Part shown: one piece after another, positions 10,008 through 20,703 of the stretch
How positions within the stretch are numbered: position 1 is the first letter of the stretch
How the letters are laid out: every line of letters starts with the position of its first letter
From: an uncultured Gemmatimonadota bacterium
GTDB taxonomy: Bacteria; GCA-2686955
Reading direction: 5' to 3'
Assembly (NCBI GenBank): GCA_964490075.1
Contig: CAZBBK010000003.1
Span: forward strand, 124,001 to 182,789
Length of the DNA: 58,789 nt
Made by a program: the position numbers and the translations under genes
Notes under the pieces: generated by a model
What the model saw: the letters and a program-made list of their open reading frames with translations, nothing else
What the model was told of the DNA's origin: nothing
The model's database searches: none

Positions 10008-10927
10008 CGCCCGGGCTCCGGCGTTTGCGTGGGCGGGCGGCGACCGGCGCCGGCGACGACCCAGAGCCCGAGCAGCGCGGGCGGTCCGAGATTCATGACG
10101 AAGATCAGGAAGGCGGAGTTGACCGCCGCCGCGGCCGGGATCCCGAAGGCCGAGAGCGCCAGCGCCGCACCGGCCTCGCGCGATCCCACCCCGGCCGGTG
10201 TCGCCGGGATCGATCCGGCCAGGTTGATGGCCACGAAGGCCGCGCCGGCGGCGGCCCACGAGGCTTGCGGGGCCAGCGCCCGGAGCAGCATCATGTATTG
10301 GATGTAGACCACCCCGTAGATGGCGATCGAGAGCCAGGTGGCGCGCAGCAAGGTGGCGGCGTCGACCTCGGTCAGCGCACTGAGAACGCGACCGAGGCGG
10401 CTGTCCGGGCGCGGGCCGAGGCGACGCAAGAGCGCCTGAGCTCCGCCGGGACGCGCCGCGAGCGCCAGGCAGAAGGCGGTCGCGAGACACCAGGGCAGCG
10501 CCGCCAGGAGGCCGGCCATCGGCCAGGCGACGAGGGCGCAGACCATCAGCAGCGGAACCACGTTGAGGGCTTTGTCCAAAAAGAAGGAGCCGGAGAGCCG
10601 CAGCGGATCGCCGACCCCGACGTAGAAGCCGCGCACCGCCTCGCCCATGCGCCCCGGGGTGACCAGTCCGACGGCGACGCCCGCGGCGAACGAGCGGGTG
10701 GCCGCCCAGAGCGTCGCCTCGGGGACCGCGCGGCGGATCAAGAGCCGCCATTTCAGCGCCTGCAAGGCCAGGTTCGGCAGCACACAGGCGAGCGCGCCCA
10801 CGAACCAGCCAGGCTGCATGCCTCGCAGATTGCCGCTGAGCTCGGTCCAGCGGATCTGGTGCACCAGGACCGCCAGGATCAGCAGAGCCAGGAGCGGGCG
10901 CAGCCAGCGCAGTAAGTGCCTCTTCAC
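10004..10927 (-). CDS. Lysylphosphatidylglycerol-synthase TM domain (flippase-like, UPF0104/HpnL-like) membrane protein
   Basis: Multiple TM helices; KWRLL, TPGRMGEAVRG, PATPAGVGSRE; GTGA overlap. Confidence 0.8.
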   Translation of the reverse strand: MKRHLLRWLRPLLALLILAVLVHQIRWTELSGNLRGMQPGWFVGALACVLPNLALQALKWRLLIRRAVPEATLWAATRSFAAGVAVGLVTPGRMGEAVRGFYVGVGDPLRLSGSFFLDKALNVVPLLMVCALVAWPMAGLLAALPWCLATAFCLALAARPGGAQALLRRLGPRPDSRLGRVLSALTEVDAATLLRATWLSIAIYGVVYIQYMMLLRALAPQASWAAAGAAFVAINLAGSIPATPAGVGSREAGAALALSAFGIPAAAAVNSAFLIFVMNLGPPALLGLWVVAGAGRRPPTQTPEPGR

Positions 10928-11781
10928 GGCGCGTTCCGCTCCGCTGCCGCCGGCGCCCGGCTGCGACTGCGCGATGCGCGCCCGCCGCGGCGCCGTCTCC
11001 ATACCTCTTCGCCCCGGCGCACCCGCACCAGCTCGGCGCGGATCGTCGACCCCGGCTTCTCCAGCTCCACCGCGGCGAGCACCGCCCGCGCCCCGGTCGC
11101 GATCACGAATCGCCACCGATAGTCGTCGTCGACCAGGTGGTGGGTGAGCATGTCGGTGCGCGGCAGCAGGTTGCTGCCGGGCGGCCCGAGCTCCTCGCAG
11201 ACGCCGCTGACGACGATGCAGGAGCGCTGCCGGCCGAGCACCTCGCGCTGCTCCCGCGCGCCGCCTCGCAGTGTCAATTGCAGCGTGCGGCCCTCCATCT
11301 CCAACGGAACGCGGAGCAGCATTCCCGGCGTCCAGGGCTCGAGGTGCAGAGTCGCACCGACCGCCACGAACCAGCTCGCGCCGGCGGCGATCGCGCGCCG
11401 GCCGTGAGCGCCGTAGTCGACCAGTCCCCCTTCGCGCTCGACGCGCGCCTCGAGAGTCTGCTGGAGGTCGGCCTGGTCGATCGACTTGCGCCACCAGAGC
11501 GGCAGCCCGGTGGCGGCGTCGAGCAGGGCCAGGTAGCGGTTGTCGATCGGGTAGACGAGGCTGCCCACTCCCACCGTGTTCGCGCTGCCGCGGACCAAGA
11601 GCGCGCCCGTCGAATCGGGCTCGAGACTGAGCTCCATCTCGACCACCGGCAGCTTGAAAGCATGGATGCGGTAGGTGCTCGACTGGCTCTCGACCGGCGC
11701 CCATCGGCCGGGTTCCGCGGGGCTGTCCGGCGTGCCCAGCAGCAAGGCGGCCCACGCCCAGGCAATCGACGAAACACTCAT
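10924..11781 (-). CDS. Exported protein, DUF3108-like
   Basis: Signal-like N-terminus, beta-rich body with YPIDNRY...DAATGLP; ATGA overlap with the upstream gene. Confidence 0.55.
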   Translation of the reverse strand: MSVSSIAWAWAALLLGTPDSPAEPGRWAPVESQSSTYRIHAFKLPVVEMELSLEPDSTGALLVRGSANTVGVGSLVYPIDNRYLALLDAATGLPLWWRKSIDQADLQQTLEARVEREGGLVDYGAHGRRAIAAGASWFVAVGATLHLEPWTPGMLLRVPLEMEGRTLQLTLRGGAREQREVLGRQRSCIVVSGVCEELGPPGSNLLPRTDMLTHHLVDDDYRWRFVIATGARAVLAAVELEKPGSTIRAELVRVRRGEEVWRRRRGGRASRSRSRAPAAAERNAP

Positions 11782-12476
11782 GCCGGCTCCCGCAACAGCT
11801 CGCTCAACACCACCGGGCGCAGACCTCGATCGGCCAGTACCGGGAGCGCCGCGTCGACCCCTGCGATGGTCGGAGAGCGATCGCCGCTGCCGTCGTGCAG
11901 CACTACGATCGATCCCGCGCCGATGCGCAGGCGCAGCCAGGCGGCGATCCAGCCGGCCGGGGGACGGGTCCAGTCCCAGGGCATGACCGACCACAGCACC
12001 ACGCGGTAGCCGCGCCGGGCGGTGGCCCGCAGCACCCGCGGATCGCGCAGCCCGTAGGGCGGCCGAAAGAGCGCGACCGCGCCCCCGCCGGCATCGCCAA
12101 TCGCGCGCGCGCCGGCGTCGATCTCGCGCTCGATCAAGGGGTGAGAGAGCAGGATCATGCGTTGGTGCGAGAACGAGTGGTTGCCGATCTCGTGGCCCGC
12201 GGCCGCCACCCGCCGCACCAGGTCGGGATGACGCGCCGCCCGCTCTCCGACCATGAAGAAGGTGGCCCTTGCGCGGTGGCGATCGAGCACGTCGAGCAGA
12301 CGCGGCGTGTTCTCCGGGTCGGGGCCGTCATCGAAGGTCAGAGCGAAGTGCCCCCGCGCGGTGGCGGGCCCGCGCCAGACCACGTGGTCGAAGAAACGAT
12401 CCCAGAGCAAAGGACGGGTCACCCGCGTGGCCGCAACGGCATAGGCGGCGGCGAGCGCGATGGCCGAGCCGATCAT
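11778..12476 (-). CDS. Polysaccharide deacetylase (CE4/NodB)
   Basis: LTFDDGP, HEIGNHSFSH, FRPPYG, IVVLHD motifs. Confidence 0.92.
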   Translation of the reverse strand: MIGSAIALAAAYAVAATRVTRPLLWDRFFDHVVWRGPATARGHFALTFDDGPDPENTPRLLDVLDRHRARATFFMVGERAARHPDLVRRVAAAGHEIGNHSFSHQRMILLSHPLIEREIDAGARAIGDAGGGAVALFRPPYGLRDPRVLRATARRGYRVVLWSVMPWDWTRPPAGWIAAWLRLRIGAGSIVVLHDGSGDRSPTIAGVDAALPVLADRGLRPVVLSELLREPA

Positions 12477-13621
12477 CGGCCGCCCCCGCGGGCGCGCGTG
12501 AGCCCGAGCGCGAAGCGGGCGCTCTCCCAGGCAATGCGCACCGACGGCGGTTTGACCATCAAGAGCTTCTGCGTATAGCAGTTGTTCCAGCAGCCCGGGC
12601 AGGCGCGGTACTCCTCCAGTCGCTCACGGTAGGCCTTGGTGCTGAAGATCGCCCCCAGCGGCTCGCGCAGCAGGTTGCCGATCGCCTTGCCCTTGCAGAG
12701 GTAGAGGTCGCCGTTCTCGCGCACCAGGAGCCGGGTTGCCAGCACCGGAGCGTCGAGGTAGGCGCAGAGCTTGGGCATCTCGCCGGCGGCGAAGCGCGGG
12801 ATTCCGCGCAGCATGGTGGGGTGGGTGGTGATGCCCGGGCGGCGCAGCAGCTCGTCGACCAGGTCGCGCAGGCGCGGGCCGGGTCGCAGAAAGAGGTCGC
12901 CGTCGCGCCGGGTGTGCAGGGTGAGGTCGTGGTAGGAGCCGATCGAGGAGCGCCAACCGCAGCGCGCCACCGCGTCGAGAATCTCGGGCACCTGCTCCAG
13001 GTTGCGCTCGTTCAGCACGGTATTGGCATAGAGCACCGAGGGGGAGCCGCAGCGCGCCTTGATCTCGCTCAGCGCGCGCATGTTGGCCAGCACTCTCTCG
13101 GCCACCCCTTCGCCGCCGCGTAGATCGTCGCCCAGCGCGCCCAGACCGTCGAGCGAGGTCTGCACGTTGACGCCCAGGCGCACCGCCGCGCCGACCCGCT
13201 CGGTGATCAGCGACTGGTGGTTGTCCAGGTTGGTGTTCAGGGTGCAGGCAAGAGGAAAGGTGCGCAGCGCCTCTTCGAGGATCTCGCTCAGATCGGGGTG
13301 CAGGCTCGGCTCGCCGCCCGAGATAAAGCCGACTCCGGCTCCGTGCATCCGCAGGCGCGCCGCCACGGTCCGGAAGGCCGCCGCCGACATCGTCTCGGCG
13401 GGGACCGCCCCCCAGGGGATCGCGCACTGGCGGCAGCGCTGGGTGCAGAGGCGGGTGATCCGCACCTCGGTCGCGGTATTGGCCGGTCTCCCGGCCACCC
13501 AGTTGGCGATCAGCCGGCGCAGCGCTCCGGCCCGGGTCAGTCGCGCGGGGGCAGCCGGCACCGGCGGCGCGTCCTCTCCCGGGCCGAGAGGGGCGAGCGC
13601 GATGGTGCCGGCGCCCTCCAT
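12473..13621 (-). CDS. Radical SAM protein with SPASM/Twitch-like C-terminus
   Basis: CTQRCRQC, ISGGEP, SLDG, C-terminal LC...NGDLYLC...CPGCWNNC. Confidence 0.88.
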   Translation of the reverse strand: MEGAGTIALAPLGPGEDAPPVPAAPARLTRAGALRRLIANWVAGRPANTATEVRITRLCTQRCRQCAIPWGAVPAETMSAAAFRTVAARLRMHGAGVGFISGGEPSLHPDLSEILEEALRTFPLACTLNTNLDNHQSLITERVGAAVRLGVNVQTSLDGLGALGDDLRGGEGVAERVLANMRALSEIKARCGSPSVLYANTVLNERNLEQVPEILDAVARCGWRSSIGSYHDLTLHTRRDGDLFLRPGPRLRDLVDELLRRPGITTHPTMLRGIPRFAAGEMPKLCAYLDAPVLATRLLVRENGDLYLCKGKAIGNLLREPLGAIFSTKAYRERLEEYRACPGCWNNCYTQKLLMVKPPSVRIAWESARFALGLTRARGGGR

Positions 13622-13703
13622 GGCCCGGGCCGTGTCGAGCAGAGCATGATCCCCGCTCGCAATCGGTTCCGGCGGCTCGCCCTGGACCCGGGCCGGCGTC
13701 CGC

Positions 13704-14900
13704 TCAGGCAGCTCGGCGCTCCATCTCGCTGTGCATCGTCGAGCGCGTGCCGTAGGTGCGCCCCTTCCAGATCACCTTGCCGATTAGAGAAGCCGGTCCC
13801 ATCCAGGTGATATAGGGCACGTGCAGGAGCGCCCAGAGCGGAAAGTAACGCATCAGATCGCGGCGCTGGAAGCGGCTTGCCGCGCGCCCCAGCAGCAGCC
13901 CCTCGGCACTCCATTTGAGCGCCAGCGCGGCGAGCAAGGGAGGCAGCACCGCGGCGGGAGCGAAGAGCGCCAAGAAGGGCCCGGCCATCAGCAGCAGGTT
14001 CAGCGCGTAGAACAGGGTCAGGAAGGCCATGTATGAGGGCCGATGGTGCGTGTACTTCGAGCCCCAGCGCTTGCGCTGACGGTAGAAGTCGCGCACCGAG
14101 CGCATCGGCTCGGTGAGCACCCGGGCCTTGGGCTCCGCGGCGAAGACGATGCGCCCGGTGGCCAGGCGATCGACCCGCTGCACCATCAAATCGTCGTCTC
14201 CCGAGACCAGGGGGCCGATCTCGCCGAAGCCGCCGATCTCGTCCCAGGTCGAGCGCCGGTAGCCCTGGCTGGCGCCCGACGAGGCCAGGATCCAGCCGAT
14301 CGCGGTCGATCCGGCGGCACAGGCGAAGAGCGAGAGCAGCTCCAGCGACTGGATGCGGATGAAGGTCCGCTCCGGGTGGTCGGGCCGCTCGAGCTCGGCG
14401 AAGCCAGAGACCATTGCCACGTCGGGCTCGAAGCAGCGCACCATCGACGCCAGCCAGCGCGGATGGGCCTCGCAGTCGGCGTCGATCGGGAAGATCAGCT
14501 CCCCGCTCGAGGCGTCGATCCCCTGGTCGACCGCGTTCTTCTTGGGCGAGAAGCCCTTGGGATTGGAGTCGATCTGCACCAGTCGAACGCGCGGGTCGCC
14601 CGCGGCGTAGTGACGCACGATCTCGGCGGTGGTGTCGGTCGAGCGGTCGTCGACCACGATCAGCTCGATGCGCTCGCGCGGGTAGTCCTCCTGGCGCAGC
14701 AACGACTCGATGCAGCGCGGCAGCAGCGCCTCTTCGTCGCGGGCCGGGACGATGATCGACACCAAGGGCTGCGCCCGGGCGTGACGCCGTCGCAACCGGC
14801 CGAGACCTAGCCAGAACAGCCCCACGAAGAGCAGATGGCCCGCGCAAAGCACCAGCAGCAACGTCATCCAGCCGTTGATCCAGATCGATTCCGCGCCCAT
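13704..14900 (-). CDS. GT2 membrane glycosyltransferase
   Basis: SIIVPARDE, VDDRSTD, IDADC, SGDDD, QRKRW; N- and C-terminal TM helices. Confidence 0.9.
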   Translation of the reverse strand: MGAESIWINGWMTLLLVLCAGHLLFVGLFWLGLGRLRRRHARAQPLVSIIVPARDEEALLPRCIESLLRQEDYPRERIELIVVDDRSTDTTAEIVRHYAAGDPRVRLVQIDSNPKGFSPKKNAVDQGIDASSGELIFPIDADCEAHPRWLASMVRCFEPDVAMVSGFAELERPDHPERTFIRIQSLELLSLFACAAGSTAIGWILASSGASQGYRRSTWDEIGGFGEIGPLVSGDDDLMVQRVDRLATGRIVFAAEPKARVLTEPMRSVRDFYRQRKRWGSKYTHHRPSYMAFLTLFYALNLLLMAGPFLALFAPAAVLPPLLAALALKWSAEGLLLGRAASRFQRRDLMRYFPLWALLHVPYITWMGPASLIGKVIWKGRTYGTRSTMHSEMERRAA

Positions 14901-16087
14901 CAGTCAGCCGTCCTAGCGTTCGGTTTGGGTGGGACTTTGCCTTGCGGATAAGGCTCGCCCTTCCAGGAGTAGCCGGCAAGAATACCGAGGGGGGCCACCA
15001 CCGCCACCATCAAACTGAAAAGGGCTTCGGCGGGCAGAACCGCGGGCCCCGGCGGGCGCTCCCCGATGCCCGCGGCGGCGCGGCGCAAGAGAGCCCCGTC
15101 GAGCGCCGCGCGCGCCCCCCAGAGCGCGGCGGCCCCCCCCAGGCCCGCCATCGGGGCGAGACCCGAGAGAGCCGCGGCCAGCAGCGCGAGGGGCAGCAGA
15201 TGGTAGAGGTAGAGAAGCAGCAGTCCCGCGACGATCGGCGGCGCGAAGCGCAGGCTGTTCGACCCGTGCCGGCGTTGCTGGGCGATCCAGGCGCGCGCGC
15301 TCGGCGGCGCCGTCGAGCGGACCCGCGCCGCCGCGGAGCGCGCGTGCACGATGCTCCATGCAGTGCGATCGCGCACTCTGCCGAGCAGCAGATCGTCGTC
15401 TCCGGCGGCCAGCTCGGCAGAGCCGGCAAAGCCGCCGGCGTCGTCCAGGGCCGCCCGCCGATAGAGCAGGTTGCGACCGGTGCAGGTGAGGGGGTAGCCG
15501 GCGCCCGCGCTGCCGGCGGCGACCGCGTAGAGACCGAGCGCCTCGAAAGAAGCGAGCCGGCCCGACAGTCCCCGGCCGTCGATCGGCGCCGGACCAATGA
15601 CCAATCCCACCCCTTCCTCCAAGTGCTCCGCGAGGGCAGCCAGCCAGGTTCGTTCCGGGCGAGTGTCGCCATCTGTGAAGGCCAGGATGTCGTGGCTGGC
15701 GTGGGCCGCGCCCAGGGTCAGGGCGTGCTTCTTCGGCGAAACGCCGGGGGGCGGCGTGTCGACCCGCAACAGGCGCACCCGCCGCCCCGCGCGCCGCGTC
15801 TCGGTGTGCAGGCGCACCTTGGCGGCGGTGTCGTCGGTCGAGCGGTCGTCGACCACCACCAGCTCGATCTCGGCCGGATAGTCCTGCTCCAGCACCGCCC
15901 GCACCACGCCCTCGATCGCCGCGGCCTCGTCACGCGCCGCCACCACCACCGAGATCGGCGGGCGCTCCCGCGCGCTCGGCAGCGGCCGGCGCAGCCCCCG
16001 CATCAGCCACCACGCGGCGGCGGCGTGCAGCGCGGTGCAGGCGCCCCCGGTGAGCGCCGCCCAACCGACGAGCTCAGCGCTCGACAC
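14900..16087 (-). CDS. GT2 membrane glycosyltransferase (paralog of the adjacent gene)
   Basis: SVVVAARDE, VDDRSTD, TDGD, AGDDD, QQRRH. Confidence 0.88.
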   Translation of the reverse strand: MSSAELVGWAALTGGACTALHAAAAWWLMRGLRRPLPSARERPPISVVVAARDEAAAIEGVVRAVLEQDYPAEIELVVVDDRSTDDTAAKVRLHTETRRAGRRVRLLRVDTPPPGVSPKKHALTLGAAHASHDILAFTDGDTRPERTWLAALAEHLEEGVGLVIGPAPIDGRGLSGRLASFEALGLYAVAAGSAGAGYPLTCTGRNLLYRRAALDDAGGFAGSAELAAGDDDLLLGRVRDRTAWSIVHARSAAARVRSTAPPSARAWIAQQRRHGSNSLRFAPPIVAGLLLLYLYHLLPLALLAAALSGLAPMAGLGGAAALWGARAALDGALLRRAAAGIGERPPGPAVLPAEALFSLMVAVVAPLGILAGYSWKGEPYPQGKVPPKPNARTAD

Positions 16088-17705
16088 GGATCCCGAGCCC
16101 GATCCGCGAATCGTCGAGGTCGGCTCCCGCCTGGTTGCCGAAGTCGTCGACCGCCAGGTGCCCCAGCTCGGCGCTCAGGAAGCACTCGTAGAAGGGCTCC
16201 CACTCCAGGCGCAGACCGATCTCGCGGGTCGATTCGATCGTGCCCGTGAAGCCTCGTTTCGGCGCGTCCAGATTCGAGGGATCGGGGCGCTCGGTGTCCG
16301 GCACGAAGTATCCGCCCACTCCATCCGCCGTGTGGCCAACGGAGTAGCGAACACGGCTGAAGTAACACTGGATATCGAGGGCGGCGCGCGGCCGCCACGC
16401 GGCCTCGACGCGAAGCTGGTCGGAGTTGGGCAGCAGCCAATGACCCAGAGAGCGATCGAAATGGGTGTAGCTGTTGCCCTCGATCCGGTGCGTGTAGACC
16501 CAGGGGTCGAGGCGGCTGTACTCGACGCCGGCTTCGAGCCCGCTGGCCCCCAGGACGGCGCGCGCTCCCCCCGCCCAACCGAGCTTGTTGCCGAAATGGT
16601 CCCAGGGGCGGGAGCTGTTGAAGTCGTCGATCAAGAGCTCGCCCCACAGCGCCAGACCATCGAGCGGCAGACAGAAGGCGTCGAAGGACATCAGGTTGTT
16701 GTCGAAATCGCCCAGGTAGTGCTCCGCCACGTGGATCGGGAAGAGGGGCAGCAGGTACTCGAGCTGGATGCCGCGTCTGCGGCCCTCGAGTCGCGGATGG
16801 GCCTGCCCGTAGACCACCGCTTCGCCGCCGCCCAGCGTCAGGCGCGGGTGGACGCGGGCCTCGAGTCGGTGTGCCGCCAGATAGCGAGGCTCGGCATCGC
16901 CCCGCACCCAGCCGTGCAGTGCGACGAAGCGCAAGGGGCCGAGCGCGCGGGTCAGGCGAACCTGGTCGAAGGCGTAGCCGTCCGATCCCAGCAGCAGGCG
17001 CCCCGAGCGCCCGGGGCCCCAGTCCAGGTTGGCCTTGCCGATCAGAAGATCGGCGACCGGGGTGTGGATCGCGGCATAGCCGTCGGCCGCGTCCTGGAAT
17101 TCCCCCTCCTCGCCGGCCCTGGTCGAGGGGGGACCGTAGCGGGCGATGAACACGCTGCGGCCGGTCGAGCCCTGCAGGCGAGTGTTGCGGGCGTCGGCCG
17201 AGAGGGCCAGCCACCCGCCCAGGCTGGCGCGCATGCGGCCCCCGACGGTGGTCGTCGACGCCGTGAGGTCGAGGGCCTCGGTCGCCTCGCTGCCGGCCGC
17301 CAGGTAGTGCTCGGAGGCATAGAGATCGAGCACCAGCCGGTCGTCTCCCTCGACGATCTCCAGCGCGTGCGGCTCCTCGCCCGCAGCTCCCAGTTCGGCC
17401 GCCGCCCCCAGCTCGGCGGCGAACTCGCGGCGCAACGCCGCCAGATCGTGGGCGTCGGCGGCCGAAAGACGCAGCTCGCCGGTCGCCATGCGCTCGTCGA
17501 CCCAGCGGATCAGCTCCGCGGCGTCGGTGCGCTCGTAGGGGCGGCTGTGCACGAAGAGCGGCAGCCCTCCCTGCCGCACCGCGAGCCGTGAGACGAAGGG
17601 GTAGAGGCGGTGGTCGAGGGGCACCTCGAAGGGCGGCGGACCGGCGCCGAGGGCCGCCGTGCAGTGCAGGGTGGTGAGGGCGAGGATCGCGAGTATTGGG
17701 CGCAT
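16074..17705 (-). CDS. Outer-membrane beta-barrel, capsule assembly Wzi family-like
   Basis: Signal peptide; RPY helical N-terminus; WGPGRSGRLLL, AHRLE, WGELLIDD, PWVYTH, LGHWLLPNSD. Confidence 0.7.
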   Translation of the reverse strand: MRPILAILALTTLHCTAALGAGPPPFEVPLDHRLYPFVSRLAVRQGGLPLFVHSRPYERTDAAELIRWVDERMATGELRLSAADAHDLAALRREFAAELGAAAELGAAGEEPHALEIVEGDDRLVLDLYASEHYLAAGSEATEALDLTASTTTVGGRMRASLGGWLALSADARNTRLQGSTGRSVFIARYGPPSTRAGEEGEFQDAADGYAAIHTPVADLLIGKANLDWGPGRSGRLLLGSDGYAFDQVRLTRALGPLRFVALHGWVRGDAEPRYLAAHRLEARVHPRLTLGGGEAVVYGQAHPRLEGRRRGIQLEYLLPLFPIHVAEHYLGDFDNNLMSFDAFCLPLDGLALWGELLIDDFNSSRPWDHFGNKLGWAGGARAVLGASGLEAGVEYSRLDPWVYTHRIEGNSYTHFDRSLGHWLLPNSDQLRVEAAWRPRAALDIQCYFSRVRYSVGHTADGVGGYFVPDTERPDPSNLDAPKRGFTGTIESTREIGLRLEWEPFYECFLSAELGHLAVDDFGNQAGADLDDSRIGLGIRVER

Positions 17706-17787
17706 GGCGAATCTGAGGCGTTGCAAGGGGGTAGGAAATGCGGGACCTTACCAGAGGTGGGGCCAGGCCCCACGAAGGGACCTCGAG

Positions 17788-19143
17788 ATGAATCGACGAA
17801 ATTCCCGAAAGCGCTTCTTCGGCGTGCTGCTCTTGACCCCGGCCCTCCTGCCGGTGATCGCCCTGGCCGCTTCCACCCTCGCCGAAGGCCCGACGCCCGC
17901 CGCCGAGCCCATCGGGGTCGAGCGCGTGGTCAGCGCGGGGGTCGACGGTCCGATCACACCGATCTCGGCCGCCTTCGTGCTGCGCGCCCTCGACGCCGCC
18001 GAGCACAAGGGCGATGTCCTCTTCGTGCTCCAGATCGACACTCCAGGCGGTCTGGAGGATTCGATGCGCGACATCGTGAAGGCTTTCCTCGGCTCCCGGG
18101 TTCCGGTCGCGGTGCTGGTGGCACCCTCCGGTGGGCGCGCCGCGTCCGCCGGTGCCATCATCACCATGGCCGCCCACCTGGCCGCCATGGCGCCGGGCAC
18201 CAGCATCGGCGCCGCTCACCCGGTGGCGATCGGCGGGGGCGAGATGGACGAGACGATGCGCGAGAAGATCGAGAACGACTTTCTGGCGCACGTGCGCGGC
18301 CTGGCACGCAACCGCGGGCGCAACGTCGAGTGGGCGGAGAAGGCGGTTCTGGAGTCGGTGTCGGCGACCGCCCAGGAGGCGTTGGAGCTCGGCGTGATCG
18401 ATCTCGTGGCGCGTGATCTGGACGCACTCCTGGAGCAGCTCGACGGCCGCGTGCTGACCGTGGAGGGTCGAGGCGAGATGGTGCTGCGAACCGCCGGCGC
18501 CGCGGTCGAGACCATCGAGATGACCGGCAAGGAGCGCTTTCTCTTCGTCCTCTCCGATCCCACGGTCGCCTACCTGCTGGGGATCCTCGGCGTCTACGGG
18601 ATCCTCTTCGAGCTCTGGAATCCGGGCACTCTCTTCCCGGGCATCGTCGGCGGGATCTGCATCTTGTTGGCGGTGATCGGCTTCCAGGTGGTGCCGATCT
18701 CCTGGGCCGGCGTGGGACTGATCGCACTGGCGATGCTCTTCTTCATGTTCGAGGTCAAGGTCACCAGCTACGGAGCACTGACCGTGGCCGGCATTCTCTG
18801 TATGGTGCTGGGGTCGATCGTGCTGATCGACGAGCCCTCCCTCGCCATCCCGGTGGTATCCGTGATCGTCCCCGCTGTCGTCTGTACGCTGCTCTTCTTC
18901 CTCTTCGTGGTCGGCATGGCTCTGCGGGCGCAGACCCGACCGGTTCGCACCGGTGCCGAGGGGCTGCTCGGCGCCGCCGGCCAGGTGCGCTCGGTGCTCG
19001 ACGAAGCGGCCTGGCCCTACCGGGTGTTCGTCAACGGGGAGTACTGGTTCGCCGCCGCGGAAGGCGACCGCCTCGACGTCGGCGAAGAGGTGCGGGTGGT
19101 CGCCGTCGAAGGGCGCTACCTGCGAGTCGAAGGGGAGCGGTGA
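17788..19143 (+). CDS. nfeD: NfeD-family membrane-bound serine protease (ClpP class)
   Basis: [32 protein letters not shown] region, C-terminal OB domain (GEYW); paired with an SPFH gene. Confidence 0.92.
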   Translation: MNRRNSRKRFFGVLLLTPALLPVIALAASTLAEGPTPAAEPIGVERVVSAGVDGPITPISAAFVLRALDAAEHKGDVLFVLQIDTPGGLEDSMRDIVKAFLGSRVPVAVLVAPSGGRAASAGAIITMAAHLAAMAPGTSIGAAHPVAIGGGEMDETMREKIENDFLAHVRGLARNRGRNVEWAEKAVLESVSATAQEALELGVIDLVARDLDALLEQLDGRVLTVEGRGEMVLRTAGAAVETIEMTGKERFLFVLSDPTVAYLLGILGVYGILFELWNPGTLFPGIVGGICILLAVIGFQVVPISWAGVGLIALAMLFFMFEVKVTSYGALTVAGILCMVLGSIVLIDEPSLAIPVVSVIVPAVVCTLLFFLFVVGMALRAQTRPVRTGAEGLLGAAGQVRSVLDEAAWPYRVFVNGEYWFAAAEGDRLDVGEEVRVVAVEGRYLRVEGER

Positions 19144-20030
19144 AGCCCAAGTCCGAAAAGGACCGGGGCCGCACCTGGCTGGCCCTTCTCGGCGCCTTGG
19201 TGTTCGCCTTCCACCGCGAAATCATCGCTTTTCTTCCCCGCCTAACGGAGAACGAAATCATGCCATTCCTCTCGATCCTCATCGTCCTGCTGCTGATCCT
19301 GGCGTCGATCATCAAGGTGCTCAAGGAGTACGAGCGGGGCGTCATCTTCCGGCTCGGGCGCGTCATCGGCGCCAAGGGGCCGGGGCTGATCATCCTGATT
19401 CCCCTCATCGACCGGATGCAGAAAGTGTCACTCAGGACGATCGCCATGGATGTGCCGCCGCAGGACGTGATCACGCGCGACAACGTGTCGGTGAAGGTGA
19501 ACGCGGTGATCTACTTCCGCGTCATGGACCCGGTCAATGCGATCGTGCAGGTCGAGGACTACCTCTATGCCACCAGCCAGATCGCTCAGACCTCGCTGCG
19601 CTCGATTCTCGGCGAGGCCGAGCTCGACGACCTGCTGACCGGTCGCGACGATATCAACCACCGTCTGCAAGAGGTGATCGACGCACAAAGCGACCCCTGG
19701 GGCATCAAGGTGGCGTCGGTGGAGGTGAAGCACGTCGATCTGCCGAGCGAGATGCAGCGGGCGATGGCCAAACAGGCCGAGGCCGAGCGTGAACGCCGCG
19801 CCAAGGTGATCAACGCCGAGGGTGAGTACCAGGCCGCGCAGCGGCTCTACGAGGCGGCGAGCACGATCGCTCGGGAGCCGGTGGCGCTGCAGCTGCGCTT
19901 TCTGCAGACCCTGACCGAGGTGGCGGCGGAGAACAACTCGACCGTGGTCTTCCCGGTGCCGATCGACCTGATCCGGGCCTTCGCCGAGCGTTCCGCCCCG
20001 CCCGAGAGCTCCGACTCGACCCGCGCCTAG
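19140..20030 (+). CDS. SPFH/stomatin (slipin) family protein; alternative start at 19260
   Basis: [50 protein letters not shown]. Confidence 0.95.
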   Translation: MKPKSEKDRGRTWLALLGALVFAFHREIIAFLPRLTENEIMPFLSILIVLLLILASIIKVLKEYERGVIFRLGRVIGAKGPGLIILIPLIDRMQKVSLRTIAMDVPPQDVITRDNVSVKVNAVIYFRVMDPVNAIVQVEDYLYATSQIAQTSLRSILGEAELDDLLTGRDDINHRLQEVIDAQSDPWGIKVASVEVKHVDLPSEMQRAMAKQAEAERERRAKVINAEGEYQAAQRLYEAASTIAREPVALQLRFLQTLTEVAAENNSTVVFPVPIDLIRAFAERSAPPESSDSTRA

Positions 20031-20160
20031 GAGTCTGGACGCCGCGCCGGGGGCGTGTTAGGCTGCGCCCGCGTTCGCGCTGCGCAACTGCACTTGACAG
20101 AACGACTTGGAAGCTCCCGCGGGAATCGCCCGCGCCCCGGAGCCCTTCCACCGAGGACTC

Positions 20161-20634
20161 ATGGCTCGCATACTCATCGTCGACGACGAAGACGAACTGC
20201 GCGAGATGCTCGCGGAGACCGTGCGTTCGCTCGGGCACGAGGTGCACACGGCGCCCGACGGTGACGTGGGGCTTCGGGTCTACAAGCAGCAGCAGATCGA
20301 TCTTCTGATCACCGATCTCAAGATGCCGCGCATGGACGGTCTCACGCTGCTGCGCGAAGTCAAGATCGTGCGCCCCGAGGCGGTGGTGCTGATGATCACC
20401 GCCTATCCGACCATCGACTCGGCCGTGCAGGCGATCAAGCTAGGCGCCTACGACTACATCACCAAGCCCTTCAAGCTCGAGCAGATCGAGATCGTGGTGC
20501 GCCGCGCCGTGGAGAAGAAGCGCTTGCTCGAGCAGCTCGGACTCTTCCGCGGCATGTTCTGGCTGGCGGTCTTCTCGATCCCATTCTGGATCATCCTCGG
20601 GGTGGTCTGGTACTCCTACGTGAGCGGCAACTAG
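20161..20634 (+). CDS. Response regulator receiver domain with C-terminal TM helix
   Basis: ILIVDDE, ITDLKMP, GAYDYITKPF; hydrophobic tail FWLAVFSIPFWIILGVVW; SD GAGGA upstream. Confidence 0.88.
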   Translation: MARILIVDDEDELREMLAETVRSLGHEVHTAPDGDVGLRVYKQQQIDLLITDLKMPRMDGLTLLREVKIVRPEAVVLMITAYPTIDSAVQAIKLGAYDYITKPFKLEQIEIVVRRAVEKKRLLEQLGLFRGMFWLAVFSIPFWIILGVVWYSYVSGN

Positions 20635-20703
20635 AGGTCGGCGACCGACCCCGAAGCGCGCAGCCTCGATCCCCCGAGCCGGAATCGATCAGGAAACCCC
20701 CAT

